In this document: piece after piece, positions 40,775 through 53,510 of the stretch
Position numbering within the stretch: position 1 is the stretch's first letter
How the letters are laid out: each line of letters begins with the position of its first letter
Assembly: GCF_003334335.1 (NCBI RefSeq)
Contig: NZ_QOWQ01000004.1
Origin: Escherichia coli
GTDB taxonomy: Bacteria > Pseudomonadota > Gammaproteobacteria > Enterobacterales > Enterobacteriaceae
DNA length: 64,000 nt
Reading direction: 5' to 3' (one strand)
Position numbers and translations under genes: made by a program
Notes under the pieces: model-generated
Database searches by the model: none
What the model saw: only the letters and a program-made list of their open reading frames with translations
What the model was told of the DNA's origin: nothing

Positions 40775-41230
40775 TTGACTACTAACACTCATACTCTGCA
40801 GATTGAAGAGATTTTAGAACTTCTGCCGCACCGTTTCCCGTTCTTACTGGTGGATCGCGTGCTGGATTTTGAAGAAGGTCGTTTTCTGCGCGCAGTAAAA
40901 AATGTCTCTGTCAATGAGCCATTCTTCCAGGGCCATTTCCCTGGAAAACCGATTTTCCCGGGTGTGCTGATTCTGGAAGCAATGGCACAGGCAACAGGTA
41001 TTCTGGCGTTTAAAAGCGTAGGAAAACTGGAACCGGGTGAGCTGTACTACTTCGCTGGTATTGACGAAGCGCGCTTCAAGCGCCCGGTCGTGCCTGGCGA
41101 TCAAATGATCATGGAAGTCACTTTCGAAAAAACGCGCCGCGGCCTGACCCGTTTTAAAGGGGTTGCTCTGGTCGATGGTAAAGTAGTTTGCGAAGCAACG
41201 ATGATGTGTGCTCGTAGCCGGGAGGCCTGA
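40775..41230 (+). CDS. fabZ: 3-hydroxyacyl-[ACP] dehydratase FabZ
   Basis: ORF 40682..41230 trimmed to TTG 40775 preceded by aggaagag RBS, giving 151 aa ([28 protein letters not shown]...). Confidence 0.9.
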
Positions 41231-41233
41231 TAC

Positions 41234-42022
41234 GTGATTGATAAATCCGCCTTTGTGCATCCAACCGCCATTGTGGAAGAGGGCGCGTCAATTGGCGCGA
41301 ACGCACACATTGGTCCTTTTTGTATCGTTGGACCCCATGTCGAAATTGGTGAGGGTACCGTACTGAAATCTCACGTTGTCGTGAATGGTCATACTAAAAT
41401 TGGCCGCGATAATGAGATTTATCAGTTCGCCTCCATCGGCGAAGTTAACCAGGATCTGAAATATGCTGGCGAACCGACCCGTGTGGAAATCGGCGATCGT
41501 AACCGCATTCGCGAAAGCGTCACCATTCATCGTGGCACAGTCCAGGGCGGTGGATTGACGAAGGTGGGCAGCGACAACTTACTGATGATCAACGCGCACA
41601 TTGCGCACGATTGTACGGTAGGTAACCGCTGTATTCTCGCCAACAACGCAACGCTGGCGGGTCACGTATCGGTTGACGACTTCGCGATCATCGGCGGCAT
41701 GACCGCAGTCCATCAGTTCTGCATCATTGGTGCGCACGTGATGGTTGGCGGCTGCTCCGGTGTGGCGCAGGACGTCCCTCCTTATGTCATTGCGCAGGGT
41801 AACCACGCAACGCCGTTCGGTGTCAATATCGAAGGGCTGAAGCGCCGCGGATTCAGCCGTGAGGCGATTACCGCTATCCGCAATGCGTATAAGCTGATTT
41901 ATCGTAGCGGTAAAACGCTCGATGAAGTGAAACCGGAAATTGCTGAACTGGCGGAAACATATCCGGAAGTGAAAGCCTTTACCGATTTCTTTGCACGCTC
42001 AACGCGCGGTCTGATTCGTTAA
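41234..42022 (+). CDS. lpxA: UDP-N-acetylglucosamine O-acyltransferase
   Basis: 262-aa ORF with GTG start at 41234 and hexapeptide repeats. Confidence 0.95.
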
Positions 42023-43170
42023 TGACTGAACAGCGTCCATTAACGATTGCCCTGGTCGCCGGAGAAACCTCCGGCGATATCCTGGGGGCCGGTTTAATCC
42101 GCGCTCTGAAAGAACATGTGCCCAACGCCCGCTTTGTTGGTGTTGCCGGGCCACGAATGCAGGCTGAAGGCTGCGAAGCCTGGTACGAAATGGAAGAACT
42201 GGCGGTGATGGGCATTGTTGAAGTACTCGGTCGTCTGCGTCGCTTACTGCATATTCGTGCCGATCTGACAAAGCGTTTTGGCGAACTGAAGCCAGATGTT
42301 TTTGTTGGTATTGATGCGCCTGACTTCAATATTACTCTTGAAGGTAACCTCAAAAAGCAGGGTATCAAAACCATTCATTACGTCAGTCCGTCAGTCTGGG
42401 CGTGGCGACAGAAACGTGTTTTCAAAATAGGCAGAGCCACCGATCTGGTGCTCGCATTTCTGCCTTTCGAAAAAGCGTTTTATGACAAATACAACGTACC
42501 GTGCCGCTTTATCGGTCATACCATGGCTGATGCCATGCCATTAGATCCAGATAAAAATGCCGCCCGTGATGTGCTGGGGATCCCTCACGATGCCCACTGC
42601 CTGGCGTTGCTACCGGGGAGCCGTGGTGCAGAAGTTGAAATGCTTAGTGCCGATTTCCTGAAAACGGCCCAGCTTTTGCGCCAGACATATCCGGATCTCG
42701 AAATCGTGGTGCCACTGGTGAATGCCAAACGCCGCGAGCAGTTTGAACGCATCAAAGCTGAAGTCGCGCCAGACCTTTCAGTTCATTTGCTGGATGGGAT
42801 GGGCCGTGAGGCGATGGTCGCCAGCGATGCGGCGCTACTGGCGTCGGGTACGGCAGCCCTGGAGTGTATGCTGGCGAAATGCCCGATGGTGGTGGGATAT
42901 CGCATGAAGCCTTTTACCTTCTGGTTGGCGAAGCGGCTGGTGAAAACTGATTATGTCTCGCTGCCAAATCTGCTGGCGGGCAGAGAGTTAGTCAAAGAAT
43001 TATTGCAGGAAGAGTGTGAGCCGCAAAAACTGGCTGCGGCGCTGTTACCGCTGTTGGCGAACGGGAAAACCAGCCACGCGATGCACGATACCTTCCGTGA
43101 ACTGCATCAGCAGATCCGCTGCAATGCCGATGAGCAGGCGGCACAAGCCGTTCTGGAGTTAGCACAATGA
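42022..43170 (+). CDS. lpxB: Lipid-A-disaccharide synthase
   Basis: 382-aa ORF; ATG overlaps the lpxA stop by 1 nt. Confidence 0.95.
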
Positions 43171-43763
43171 TCGAATTTGTTTATCCGCACACGCAGCTGG
43201 TTGCGGGTGTGGATGAAGTCGGACGCGGGCCGTTAGTTGGCGCGGTCGTCACCGCTGCGGTGATCCTTGACCCGGCGCGCCCGATTGCCGGGCTGAATGA
43301 TTCCAAAAAGCTGAGCGAAAAACGCCGTCTGGCGCTCTATGAAGAGATCAAAGAGAAAGCGTTGAGCTGGAGTCTGGGCCGCGCGGAACCCCACGAAATC
43401 GACGAGCTGAACATTCTTCATGCGACCATGCTGGCGATGCAGCGTGCCGTCGCTGGGCTGCATATTGCGCCGGAATATGTGTTGATTGATGGTAACCGCT
43501 GCCCGAAATTACCGATGCCTGCGATGGCTGTGGTGAAAGGCGATAGCCGCGTACCGGAAATCAGTGCCGCGTCTATCCTGGCGAAAGTGACGCGTGACGC
43601 CGAAATGGCGGCGCTGGATATTGTTTTCCCGCAATATGGTTTTGCCCAACACAAAGGGTACCCAACCGCTTTTCATCTGGAAAAACTGGCTGAACACGGC
43701 GCGACCGAACACCATCGGCGCAGCTTTGGGCCTGTCAAACGCGCACTGGGACTTGCGTCCTGA
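43167..43763 (+). CDS. rnhB: Ribonuclease HII
   Basis: 198-aa ORF; ATGA overlap with the lpxB stop. Confidence 0.95.
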
Positions 43764-43799
43764 TTCTTGTGTCGAGATTAAGTAAACCGGAATCTGAAG

Positions 43800-46700
43800 A
43801 TGTCTGAACCACGTTTCGTACACCTGCGGGTGCACAGCGACTACTCGATGATCGATGGCCTGGCCAAAACCGCACCGTTGGTAAAAAAGGCGGCGGCGTT
43901 GGGTATGCCAGCACTGGCGATCACCGATTTCACCAACCTTTGTGGTCTGGTGAAGTTCTACGGAGCGGGACATGGCGCAGGGATTAAGCCTATCGTCGGG
44001 GCAGATTTTAACGTCCAGTGCGACCTGCTGGGTGATGAGTTAACCCACCTGACGGTACTGGCGGCGAACAATACCGGCTATCAGAATCTGACGTTGCTGA
44101 TCTCAAAAGCGTATCAGCGCGGGTACGGTGCCGCCGGGCCGATCATCGATCGCGACTGGCTTATCGAATTAAACGAAGGGTTGATCCTTCTTTCCGGCGG
44201 ACGCATGGGCGACGTCGGACGCAGTCTTTTGCGTGGTAACAGCGCGCTGGTAGATGAGTGTGTCGCGTTTTATGAAGAACACTTCCCGGATCGCTATTTT
44301 CTCGAGCTGATCCGCACCGGCAGGCCGGATGAAGAAAGCTATCTGCACGCGGCGGTGGAACTGGCGGAAGCGCGCGGTTTGCCCGTCGTGGCGACCAACG
44401 ACGTGCGCTTTATCGACAGCAGCGACTTTGACGCACACGAAATCCGCGTCGCGATCCACGACGGCTTTACCCTCGACGATCCTAAACGCCCGCGTAACTA
44501 TTCGCCGCAGCAATATATGCGTAGCGAAGAGGAGATGTGTGAGCTGTTTGCCGACATCCCCGAAGCCCTTGCCAACACCGTTGAGATCGCCAAACGCTGT
44601 AACGTAACCGTGCGTCTTGGTGAATACTTCCTGCCGCAGTTCCCGACCGGGGACATGAGCACCGAAGATTATCTGGTCAAGCGTGCAAAAGAGGGCCTGG
44701 AAGAGCGTCTGGCCTTTTTATTCCCTGATGAGGAAGAACGTCTTAAGCGCCGCCCGGAATATGACGAACGTCTGGAGACTGAACTTCAGGTTATCAACCA
44801 GATGGGCTTCCCGGGCTACTTCCTCATCGTTATGGAATTTATCCAGTGGTCGAAAGATAACGGCGTACCGGTAGGGCCAGGCCGTGGCTCCGGTGCGGGT
44901 TCACTGGTGGCCTACGCGCTGAAAATCACCGACCTCGATCCGCTGGAATTTGACCTGCTGTTCGAACGTTTCCTTAACCCGGAACGTGTCTCCATGCCTG
45001 ACTTCGACGTTGACTTCTGTATGGAGAAACGCGATCAGGTTATCGAGCACGTAGCGGACATGTACGGTCGTGATGCGGTATCGCAGATCATCACCTTCGG
45101 TACAATGGCGGCGAAAGCGGTGATCCGCGACGTAGGCCGCGTGCTGGGGCATCCGTACGGCTTTGTCGATCGTATCTCGAAACTGATCCCGCCCGATCCG
45201 GGGATGACGCTGGCGAAAGCGTTTGAAGCCGAGCCGCAGCTGCCGGAAATCTACGAAGCGGATGAAGAAGTTAAGGCGCTGATCGACATGGCGCGCAAAC
45301 TGGAAGGGGTCACCCGTAACGCCGGTAAGCACGCCGGTGGGGTGGTTATCGCGCCGACCAAAATTACCGATTTTGCGCCGCTTTACTGCGATGAAGAGGG
45401 CAAACATCCGGTCACCCAGTTTGATAAAAGCGACGTTGAATACGCCGGACTGGTGAAGTTCGACTTCCTTGGTTTGCGTACGCTCACCATCATCAACTGG
45501 GCGCTGGAGATGATCAACAAGCGGCGGGCGAAGAATGGCGAGCCGCCGCTGGATATCGCTGCGATCCCGCTGGATGATAAGAAAAGCTTCGACATGCTGC
45601 AACGCTCGGAAACCACGGCGGTATTCCAGCTTGAATCGCGCGGCATGAAGGACCTGATCAAGCGTCTACAACCTGACTGCTTCGAAGATATGATCGCCCT
45701 AGTGGCACTGTTCCGCCCCGGTCCGTTGCAATCAGGGATGGTGGATAACTTTATCGACCGTAAACATGGTCGTGAAGAGATCTCCTATCCGGACGTACAG
45801 TGGCAGCATGAAAGCCTGAAACCGGTACTGGAGCCAACCTACGGCATTATCCTGTATCAGGAACAGGTCATGCAGATTGCGCAGGTGCTTTCTGGTTATA
45901 CCCTCGGTGGCGCGGATATGCTGCGTCGTGCGATGGGTAAGAAAAAGCCGGAAGAGATGGCTAAGCAACGTTCTGTATTTGCTGAAGGTGCAGAAAAGAA
46001 CGGAATCAACGCTGAACTGGCGATGAAAATCTTCGACCTGGTGGAGAAATTCGCTGGTTACGGATTTAACAAATCGCACTCTGCGGCCTATGCTTTGGTG
46101 TCATATCAAACGTTATGGCTGAAAGCGCACTATCCTGCGGAGTTTATGGCGGCGGTAATGACCGCCGATATGGACAACACCGAGAAGGTGGTGGGTCTGG
46201 TGGATGAGTGCTGGCGGATGGGGCTGAAAATCCTGCCACCAGATATAAACTCCGGTCTTTACCATTTCCACGTCAACGACGACGGCGAAATCGTGTATGG
46301 TATTGGCGCGATCAAAGGGGTCGGTGAAGGTCCGATTGAGGCCATCATCGAAGCCCGTAATAAAGGCGGCTACTTCCGCGAACTGTTTGATCTCTGCGCC
46401 CGTACCGACACCAAAAAGTTGAACCGTCGCGTGCTGGAAAAACTGATCATGTCCGGGGCGTTTGACCGTCTTGGGCCACATCGCGCAGCGCTGATGAACT
46501 CGCTGGGCGATGCGTTAAAAGCGGCAGATCAACACGCGAAAGCGGAAGCTATCGGTCAGGCCGATATGTTCGGCGTGCTGGCCGAAGAGCCGGAACAAAT
46601 TGAACAATCCTACGCCAGCTGCCAACCGTGGCCGGAGCAGGTGGTATTAGATGGGGAACGTGAAACGTTAGGCCTGTACCTGACCGGACACCCTATCAAC

Positions 46701-47282
46701 CAGTATTTAAAAGAGATTGAGCGTTATGTCGGAGGCGTAAGGCTGAAAGACATGCACCCGACAGAACGTGGTAAAGTCATCACGGCTGCGGGGCTCGTTG
46801 TTGCCGCGCGGGTTATGGTCACCAAGCGCGGCAATCGTATCGGTATCTGCACGCTGGATGACCGTTCCGGGCGGCTGGAAGTGATGTTGTTTACTGACGC
46901 CCTGGATAAATACCAGCAATTGCTGGAAAAAGACCGCATACTTATCGTCAGCGGACAGGTCAGCTTTGATGACTTCAGCGGTGGGCTTAAAATGACCGCT
47001 CGCGAAGTGATGGATATTGACGAAGCCCGGGAAAAATATGCTCGCGGGCTTGCTATCTCGCTGACGGACAGGCAAATTGATGACCAGCTTTTAAACCGAC
47101 TCCGTCAGTCTCTGGAACCCCACCGCTCTGGGACAATTCCAGTACATCTCTACTATCAGAGGGCGGATGCACGCGCGCGGTTGCGTTTTGGCGCGACGTG
47201 GCGTGTCTCTCCGAGCGATCGTTTATTAAACGATCTCCGTGGCCTCATTGGTTCGGAGCAGGTGGAACTGGAGTTTGACTAA
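43800..47282 (+). CDS. dnaE: DNA polymerase III alpha subunit
   Basis: 1160-aa ORF with N-terminal PHP domain ([21 protein letters not shown]...). Confidence 0.97.
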   Translation: MSEPRFVHLRVHSDYSMIDGLAKTAPLVKKAAALGMPALAITDFTNLCGLVKFYGAGHGAGIKPIVGADFNVQCDLLGDELTHLTVLAANNTGYQNLTLLISKAYQRGYGAAGPIIDRDWLIELNEGLILLSGGRMGDVGRSLLRGNSALVDECVAFYEEHFPDRYFLELIRTGRPDEESYLHAAVELAEARGLPVVATNDVRFIDSSDFDAHEIRVAIHDGFTLDDPKRPRNYSPQQYMRSEEEMCELFADIPEALANTVEIAKRCNVTVRLGEYFLPQFPTGDMSTEDYLVKRAKEGLEERLAFLFPDEEERLKRRPEYDERLETELQVINQMGFPGYFLIVMEFIQWSKDNGVPVGPGRGSGAGSLVAYALKITDLDPLEFDLLFERFLNPERVSMPDFDVDFCMEKRDQVIEHVADMYGRDAVSQIITFGTMAAKAVIRDVGRVLGHPYGFVDRISKLIPPDPGMTLAKAFEAEPQLPEIYEADEEVKALIDMARKLEGVTRNAGKHAGGVVIAPTKITDFAPLYCDEEGKHPVTQFDKSDVEYAGLVKFDFLGLRTLTIINWALEMINKRRAKNGEPPLDIAAIPLDDKKSFDMLQRSETTAVFQLESRGMKDLIKRLQPDCFEDMIALVALFRPGPLQSGMVDNFIDRKHGREEISYPDVQWQHESLKPVLEPTYGIILYQEQVMQIAQVLSGYTLGGADMLRRAMGKKKPEEMAKQRSVFAEGAEKNGINAELAMKIFDLVEKFAGYGFNKSHSAAYALVSYQTLWLKAHYPAEFMAAVMTADMDNTEKVVGLVDECWRMGLKILPPDINSGLYHFHVNDDGEIVYGIGAIKGVGEGPIEAIIEARNKGGYFRELFDLCARTDTKKLNRRVLEKLIMSGAFDRLGPHRAALMNSLGDALKAADQHAKAEAIGQADMFGVLAEEPEQIEQSYASCQPWPEQVVLDGERETLGLYLTGHPINQYLKEIERYVGGVRLKDMHPTERGKVITAAGLVVAARVMVTKRGNRIGICTLDDRSGRLEVMLFTDALDKYQQLLEKDRILIVSGQVSFDDFSGGLKMTAREVMDIDEAREKYARGLAISLTDRQIDDQLLNRLRQSLEPHRSGTIPVHLYYQRADARARLRFGATWRVSPSDRLLNDLRGLIGSEQVELEFD

Positions 47283-47294
47283 TACAGGAATACT

Positions 47295-48254
47295 ATGAGT
47301 CTGAATTTCCTTGATTTTGAACAGCCGATTGCAGAGCTGGAAGCGAAAATCGATTCTCTGACTGCGGTTAGCCGTCAGGATGAGAAACTGGATATTAACA
47401 TCGATGAAGAAGTGCATCGTCTGCGTGAAAAAAGCGTAGAACTGACACGTAAAATCTTCGCCGATCTCGGTGCATGGCAGATTGCGCAACTGGCACGCCA
47501 TCCACAGCGTCCTTATACCCTGGATTACGTTCGCCTGGCATTTGATGAATTTGACGAACTGGCTGGCGACCGCGCGTATGCAGACGATAAAGCTATCGTC
47601 GGTGGTATCGCCCGTCTCGATGGTCGTCCGGTGATGATCATTGGTCATCAAAAAGGTCGTGAAACCAAAGAAAAAATTCGCCGTAACTTTGGTATGCCAG
47701 CGCCAGAAGGTTACCGCAAAGCACTGCGTCTGATGCAAATGGCTGAACGCTTTAAGATGCCTATCATCACCTTTATCGACACCCCGGGGGCTTATCCTGG
47801 CGTGGGCGCAGAAGAGCGTGGTCAGTCTGAAGCCATTGCACGCAACCTGCGTGAAATGTCTCGCCTCGGCGTACCGGTAGTTTGTACGGTTATCGGTGAA
47901 GGTGGTTCTGGCGGTGCGCTGGCGATTGGCGTGGGCGATAAAGTGAATATGCTGCAATACAGCACCTATTCCGTTATCTCGCCGGAAGGTTGTGCGTCCA
48001 TTCTGTGGAAGAGCGCCGACAAAGCGCCGCTGGCGGCTGAAGCGATGGGTATCATTGCTCCGCGTCTGAAAGAACTGAAACTGATCGACTCCATCATCCC
48101 GGAACCACTGGGTGGTGCTCACCGTAACCCGGAAGCGATGGCGGCATCGTTGAAAGCGCAACTGCTGGCGGATCTGGCCGATCTCGACGTGTTAAGCACT
48201 GAAGATTTAAAAAATCGTCGTTATCAGCGCCTGATGAGCTACGGTTACGCGTAA
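47295..48254 (+). CDS. accA: Acetyl-CoA carboxylase carboxyltransferase alpha subunit
   Basis: 319-aa [25 protein letters not shown]... Confidence 0.96.
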   Translation: MSLNFLDFEQPIAELEAKIDSLTAVSRQDEKLDINIDEEVHRLREKSVELTRKIFADLGAWQIAQLARHPQRPYTLDYVRLAFDEFDELAGDRAYADDKAIVGGIARLDGRPVMIIGHQKGRETKEKIRRNFGMPAPEGYRKALRLMQMAERFKMPIITFIDTPGAYPGVGAEERGQSEAIARNLREMSRLGVPVVCTVIGEGGSGGALAIGVGDKVNMLQYSTYSVISPEGCASILWKSADKAPLAAEAMGIIAPRLKELKLIDSIIPEPLGGAHRNPEAMAASLKAQLLADLADLDVLSTEDLKNRRYQRLMSYGYA

Positions 48255-48270
48255 TTCGCAAAAGTTCTGA

Positions 48271-48299
48271 AAAAGGGTCACTTCGGTGGCCCTTTTTTA
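48271..48299 (+). terminator. Rho-independent terminator after accA
   Basis: aaaagggtcac-ttcg-gtggccctttttt hairpin with T run. Confidence 0.65.
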
Positions 48300-48352
48300 T
48301 CGCCACGGTTTGAGCAGGCTATGATTAAGGAAGGATTTTCCAGGAGGAACAC

Positions 48353-50494
48353 ATGAACATCATTGCCATTATGGGACCGCATGGCGTCTTTTATAAAGAT
48401 GAGCCCATCAAAGAACTGGAGTCGGCGCTGGTGGCGCAAGGCTTTCAGATTATCTGGCCACAAAACAGCGTTGATTTGCTGAAATTTATCGAACATAACC
48501 CTCGAATTTGCGGCGTGATTTTTGACTGGGATGAGTACAGTCTCGATTTATGTAGCGATATCAATCAGCTTAATGAATATCTCCCGCTTTATGCCTTCAT
48601 CAACACCCACTCGACGATGGATGTCAGCGTGCAGGATATGCGGATGGCGCTCTGGTTTTTTGAATATGCGCTGGGGCAGGCGGAAGATATCGCCATTCGT
48701 ATGCGTCAGTACACCGACGAATATCTTGATAACATTACACCGCCGTTCACGAAAGCCTTGTTTACCTACGTCAAAGAGCGGAAGTACACCTTTTGTACGC
48801 CGGGGCATATGGGCGGCACCGCATATCAAAAAAGCCCGGTTGGCTGTCTGTTTTATGATTTTTTCGGCGGGAATACTCTTAAGGCTGATGTCTCTATTTC
48901 GGTCACCGAGCTTGGTTCGTTGCTCGACCACACCGGGCCACACCTGGAAGCGGAAGAGTACATCGCGCGGACTTTTGGCGCGGAACAGAGTTATATCGTT
49001 ACCAACGGAACATCGACGTCGAACAAAATTGTGGGTATGTACGCCGCGCCATCCGGCAGTACGCTGTTGATCGACCGCAATTGTCATAAATCGCTGGCGC
49101 ATCTGTTGATGATGAACGATGTAGTGCCAGTCTGGCTGAAACCGACGCGTAATGCGTTGGGGATTCTTGGTGGGATCCCGCGCCGTGAATTTACTCGCGA
49201 CAGCATCGAAGAGAAAGTCGCTGCTACCACGCAAGCACAATGGCCGGTTCATGCGGTGATCACCAACTCCACCTATGATGGCTTGCTCTACAACACCGAC
49301 TGGATCAAACAGACGCTGGATGTCCCGTCGATTCACTTCGATTCTGCCTGGGTGCCGTACACCCATTTTCATCCGATCTACCAGGGTAAAAGTGGTATGA
49401 GCGGCGAGCGTGTTGCGGGAAAAGTGATCTTCGAAACGCAATCGACCCACAAAATGCTGGCGGCGTTATCGCAGGCTTCGCTGATCCACATTAAAGGCGA
49501 GTATGACGAAGAGGCCTTTAACGAAGCCTTTATGATGCATACCACCACCTCGCCCAGTTATCCCATTGTTGCTTCGGTTGAGACGGCGGCGGCGATGCTG
49601 CGTGGTAATCCGGGCAAACGGCTGATTAACCGTTCAGTAGAACGAGCTCTGCATTTTCGCAAAGAGGTCCAGCGGCTGCGGGAAGAGTCTGACGGTTGGT
49701 TTTTCGATATCTGGCAACCGCCGCAGGTGGATGAAGCCGAATGCTGGCCCGTTGCGCCTGGCGAACAGTGGCACGGCTTTAACGATGCGGATGCCGATCA
49801 TATGTTTCTCGATCCGGTTAAAGTCACTATTTTGACACCGGGGATGGACGAGCAGGGCAATATGAGCGAGGAGGGGATCCCGGCGGCGCTGGTAGCAAAA
49901 TTCCTCGACGAACGTGGGATCGTAGTAGAGAAAACCGGCCCTTATAACCTGCTGTTTCTCTTTAGTATTGGCATCGATAAAACCAAAGCAATGGGATTAT
50001 TGCGTGGGTTGACGGAATTCAAACGCTCTTACGATCTCAACCTGCGGATCAAAAATATGCTACCCGATCTCTATGCAGAAGATCCCGATTTCTACCGCAA
50101 TATGCGTATTCAGGATCTGGCACAAGGGATCCATAAGCTGATTCGTAAACACGATCTTCCCGGTTTGATGTTGCGGGCATTCGATACTTTGCCGGAGATG
50201 ATCATGACGCCACATCAGGCATGGCAACGACAAATTAAAGGCGAAGTAGAAACCATTGCGCTGGAACAACTGGTCGGTAGAGTATCGGCAAATATGATCC
50301 TGCCTTATCCACCGGGCGTACCGCTGTTGATGCCTGGAGAAATGCTGACCAAAGAGAGCCGCACAGTACTCGATTTTCTACTGATGCTTTGTTCCGTCGG
50401 GCAACATTACCCCGGTTTTGAAACGGATATTCACGGCGCGAAACAGGACGAAGACGGCGTTTACCGCGTACGAGTCCTAAAAATGGCGGGATAA
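48353..50494 (+). CDS. ldcC: Constitutive lysine decarboxylase
   Basis: 713-aa ORF MNIIAIMGPHGVFYKDEPIKELE...; Orn/Lys/Arg decarboxylase family. Confidence 0.94.
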   Translation: MNIIAIMGPHGVFYKDEPIKELESALVAQGFQIIWPQNSVDLLKFIEHNPRICGVIFDWDEYSLDLCSDINQLNEYLPLYAFINTHSTMDVSVQDMRMALWFFEYALGQAEDIAIRMRQYTDEYLDNITPPFTKALFTYVKERKYTFCTPGHMGGTAYQKSPVGCLFYDFFGGNTLKADVSISVTELGSLLDHTGPHLEAEEYIARTFGAEQSYIVTNGTSTSNKIVGMYAAPSGSTLLIDRNCHKSLAHLLMMNDVVPVWLKPTRNALGILGGIPRREFTRDSIEEKVAATTQAQWPVHAVITNSTYDGLLYNTDWIKQTLDVPSIHFDSAWVPYTHFHPIYQGKSGMSGERVAGKVIFETQSTHKMLAALSQASLIHIKGEYDEEAFNEAFMMHTTTSPSYPIVASVETAAAMLRGNPGKRLINRSVERALHFRKEVQRLREESDGWFFDIWQPPQVDEAECWPVAPGEQWHGFNDADADHMFLDPVKVTILTPGMDEQGNMSEEGIPAALVAKFLDERGIVVEKTGPYNLLFLFSIGIDKTKAMGLLRGLTEFKRSYDLNLRIKNMLPDLYAEDPDFYRNMRIQDLAQGIHKLIRKHDLPGLMLRAFDTLPEMIMTPHQAWQRQIKGEVETIALEQLVGRVSANMILPYPPGVPLLMPGEMLTKESRTVLDFLLMLCSVGQHYPGFETDIHGAKQDEDGVYRVRVLKMAG

Positions 50495-50550
50495 CTTGCC
50501 AGAGCGGCTTCCGGGCGAGTAACGTGCTGTTAACAAATAAAGGAGACGTT

Positions 50551-50940
50551 ATGCTGGGTTTAAAACAGGTTCACCATATTGCGATTATTGCGACGGATTA
50601 TGCGGTGAGCACAGCTTTCTACTGCGATATTCTTGGTTTCACGCTGCAAAGCGAAGTCTATCGCGAAGCGCGCGACTCATGGAAAGGGGATTTGGCGCTT
50701 AATGGGCAATATGTGATTGAGCTTTTCTCATTTCCGTTCCCGCCGGAACGACCCAGCCGACCGGAAGCTTGCGGTCTGCGTCATCTGGCTTTTAGCGTTG
50801 ATGACATCGATGCGGCAGTGGCGCACCTTGAAAGCCATAACGTGAAGTGTGAAACCATCCGTGTCGATCCATACACGCAAAAACGCTTCACCTTCTTTAA
50901 CGATCCGGACGGGCTGCCGTTGGAACTGTATGAGCAGTAA
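50551..50940 (+). CDS. yaeR: VOC (glyoxalase/bleomycin-resistance) family protein YaeR
   Basis: ORF 50524..50940 trimmed to ATG 50551 (MLGLKQVHHIAIIATDY...), 129 aa. Confidence 0.85.
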   Translation: MLGLKQVHHIAIIATDYAVSTAFYCDILGFTLQSEVYREARDSWKGDLALNGQYVIELFSFPFPPERPSRPEACGLRHLAFSVDDIDAAVAHLESHNVKCETIRVDPYTQKRFTFFNDPDGLPLELYEQ

Positions 50941-51004
50941 GGCTTGTCATCGCCGCATTTGCCCGGTAACGTGCCGGGCATTGCTACTGTAAAATCGCAC
51001 CATC

Positions 51005-52303
51005 ATGACACTCACGCTCAATAGACAACTTCTCACCTCACGCCAGATTCTGGTGGCCTTTAGCGGCGGGCTTGACTCCACCGTTCTGCTGCATCAGTTG
51101 GTGCAGTGGCGGACGGAAAATCCGGGTGTCGCTCTGCGCGCTATTCATGTGCATCACGGTTTAAGTGCCAATGCCGATGCCTGGGTTACGCATTGCGAAA
51201 ACGTCTGCCAACAGTGGCAGGTGCCGCTGGTGGTCGAACGCGTACAACTTGCGCAAGAAGGACTGGGCATTGAGGCCCAGGCGCGGCAGGCACGTTATCA
51301 GGCATTTGCCCGCACCTTGTTGCCCGGTGAAGTGCTGGTCACCGCGCAACATCTCGACGATCAATGTGAAACCTTTCTGCTGGCGCTAAAACGCGGCAGT
51401 GGCCCTGCCGGGCTTTCGGCTATGGCGGAAGTCTCGGAGTTTGCCGGAACGCGGCTTATTCGCCCGTTGCTCGCCCGCACGCGGGGGGAACTGGTGCAGT
51501 GGGCGCGTCAGTATGATTTACGCTGGATTGAAGACGAAAGTAATCAGGACGACTCATACGATCGTAACTTTCTGCGCCTGCGCGTAGTGCCGTTATTGCA
51601 GCAGCGTTGGCCGCATTTTGCCGAAGCAACGGCCCGCAGCGCCGCACTTTGTGCTGAACAAGAGAGCCTGCTGGATGAACTGCTGGCAGATGATTTAGCA
51701 CACTGTCAATCGCCGCAGGGGACGCTGCAGATTGTGCCAATGCTGGCGATGAGTGATGCCCGCCGCGCGGCGATTATCCGCCGCTGGCTGGCAGGGCAGA
51801 ATGCACCGATGCCTTCCCGCGACGCGTTGGTGAGGATCTGGCAGGAAGTGGCGCTGGCGCGGGAAGATGCCTCACCCTGTTTACGTTTGGGCGCGTTTGA
51901 AATCCGACGCTATCAGTCGCAACTGTGGTGGATTAAATCCGTCACCGGGCAAAGCGAAAACATTGTGCCGTGGCAGACGTGGCTTCAACCGCTGGAATTA
52001 CCGGCGGGGCTGGGAAGTGTACAGCTTAATGCGGGAGGCGATATTCGCCCTCCGCGTGCAGACGAAGCGGTCAGCGTGCGTTTCAAAGCGCCAGGATTGC
52101 TGCATATTGTCGGGCGTAACGGCGGACGTAAGCTAAAGAAAATCTGGCAAGAGCTGGGCGTGCCGCCGTGGCTACGTGACACCACGCCACTGCTGTTTTA
52201 TGGCGAAACGCTGATTGCGGCGGCAGGGGTATTTGTGACGCAAGAAGGTGTGGCTGAAGGTGAGAATGGCGTAAGTTTTGTCTGGCAGAAAACGCTTAGT
52301 TAA
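51005..52303 (+). CDS. tilS: tRNA(Ile)-lysidine synthetase
   Basis: 432-aa ORF with PP-loop SGGLDS. Confidence 0.94.
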
Positions 52304-52308
52304 GTGAA

Positions 52309-52343
52309 AGCCGGATAAGACGCATCAAACGTCGCATCCGGCG
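52309..52343. repeat. REP (repetitive extragenic palindrome) element
   Basis: gccggataagacgc..gtcgcatccggc imperfect palindrome at the convergent tilS/rof junction. Confidence 0.6.
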
Positions 52344-52351
52344 AAAGTCAA

Positions 52352-52606
52352 TCAGGATTCGCTTACCACCACCGTACCGATTTCCGGGTGGCTAAAGCTG
52401 GTAATTTTATCCAGACGCAGCTCGCGGGTTTCGCCAGCGGCCTCGACGACCAGGTACTCCACATTTTTGCGGGAGACTAAATCACTGGCTTTTGCCTGCA
52501 ATTTTTCGCCATCTTTCAGCTCAAGTGTCAGCATTAAATGATGCTGGCAGGCGAGCTCAAGATTATCGTAATCATCACAATTGATTGGTTGATACGTATC
52601 ATTCAT
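52352..52606 (-). CDS. rof: Rho-binding antiterminator Rof
   Basis: ORF 52352..52612; start set at the second ATG ([21 protein letters not shown]...) for 84 aa; the upstream ATG at 52612 is an alternative. Confidence 0.85.
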
Positions 52607-52799
52607 TGACATAATCGCTCACCAGTAAGTTTGCCGCAGCGTATGCTGCTTTTTCCCTGACAGCCTCAGAAAGGGCGTCGTCGGCAGCCATTTCATTCAG
52701 CACTTTCAAAACGCAGCCCAGCGCGTCCGGAACGTATCCTAAGTCTCCGCTGGCGATTTCCGCGTACCGCTTGCGTATTAACTCACAATATTTTTCCAC
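52599..52799 (-). CDS. yaeP: UPF0253 small protein YaeP (function unknown)
   Basis: ORF 52599..52817 trimmed to GTG 52799 ([18 protein letters not shown]...), 66 aa; its stop overlaps the rof start. Confidence 0.8.
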
Positions 52800-52964
52800 A
52801 TGCCCTCCTGTCAGCACTCTGACTTAACCGTGGATGCAAGTCTAAGCCTACGAAGATAAACTCTGTTTCGCAAGGTGACTATACCACACTCATTTCTGCA
52901 ATATCAGCGCCGCAACTGCACGTATTCCGTTACAATGGCCTCCTGATTCGAAAGGAGTTTTCTT

Positions 52965-53510
52965 ATGGCGCTTAAAGCGACAATTTATAAAGCGACGGTT
53001 AATGTGGCCGATCTCGACCGCAACCAGTTTCTCGATGCCTCTCTGACGCTGGCGCGCCATCCTTCAGAAACCCAGGAGCGTATGATGCTGCGCTTGCTGG
53101 CGTGGCTGAAATATGCTGATGAACGTCTGCAATTTACCCGTGGTTTGTGTGCCGATGATGAGCCGGAAGCGTGGCTGCGTAACGATCACCTGGGCATTGA
53201 TTTGTGGATTGAGCTGGGGCTGCCGGATGAGCGGCGGATTAAGAAAGCCTGCACCCAGGCCGCAGAAGTGGCGCTGTTTACCTATAATAGTCGGGCGGCG
53301 CAAATCTGGTGGCAGCAAAATCAGAGCAAATGTGTGCAGTTTGCCAATCTTTCCGTCTGGTATCTGGACGATGAACAACTGGCGAAAGTAAGCGCCTTTG
53401 CCGATCGTACCATGACGCTGCAGGCAACGATTCAGGATGGCGTGATCTGGTTATCGGATGATAAGAATAATCTGGAAGTGAACTTAACCGCCTGGCAACA
53501 ACCTTCATGA
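52965..53510 (+). CDS. yaeQ: YaeQ-family protein (function unknown)
   Basis: 181-aa [24 protein letters not shown]... Confidence 0.88.
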
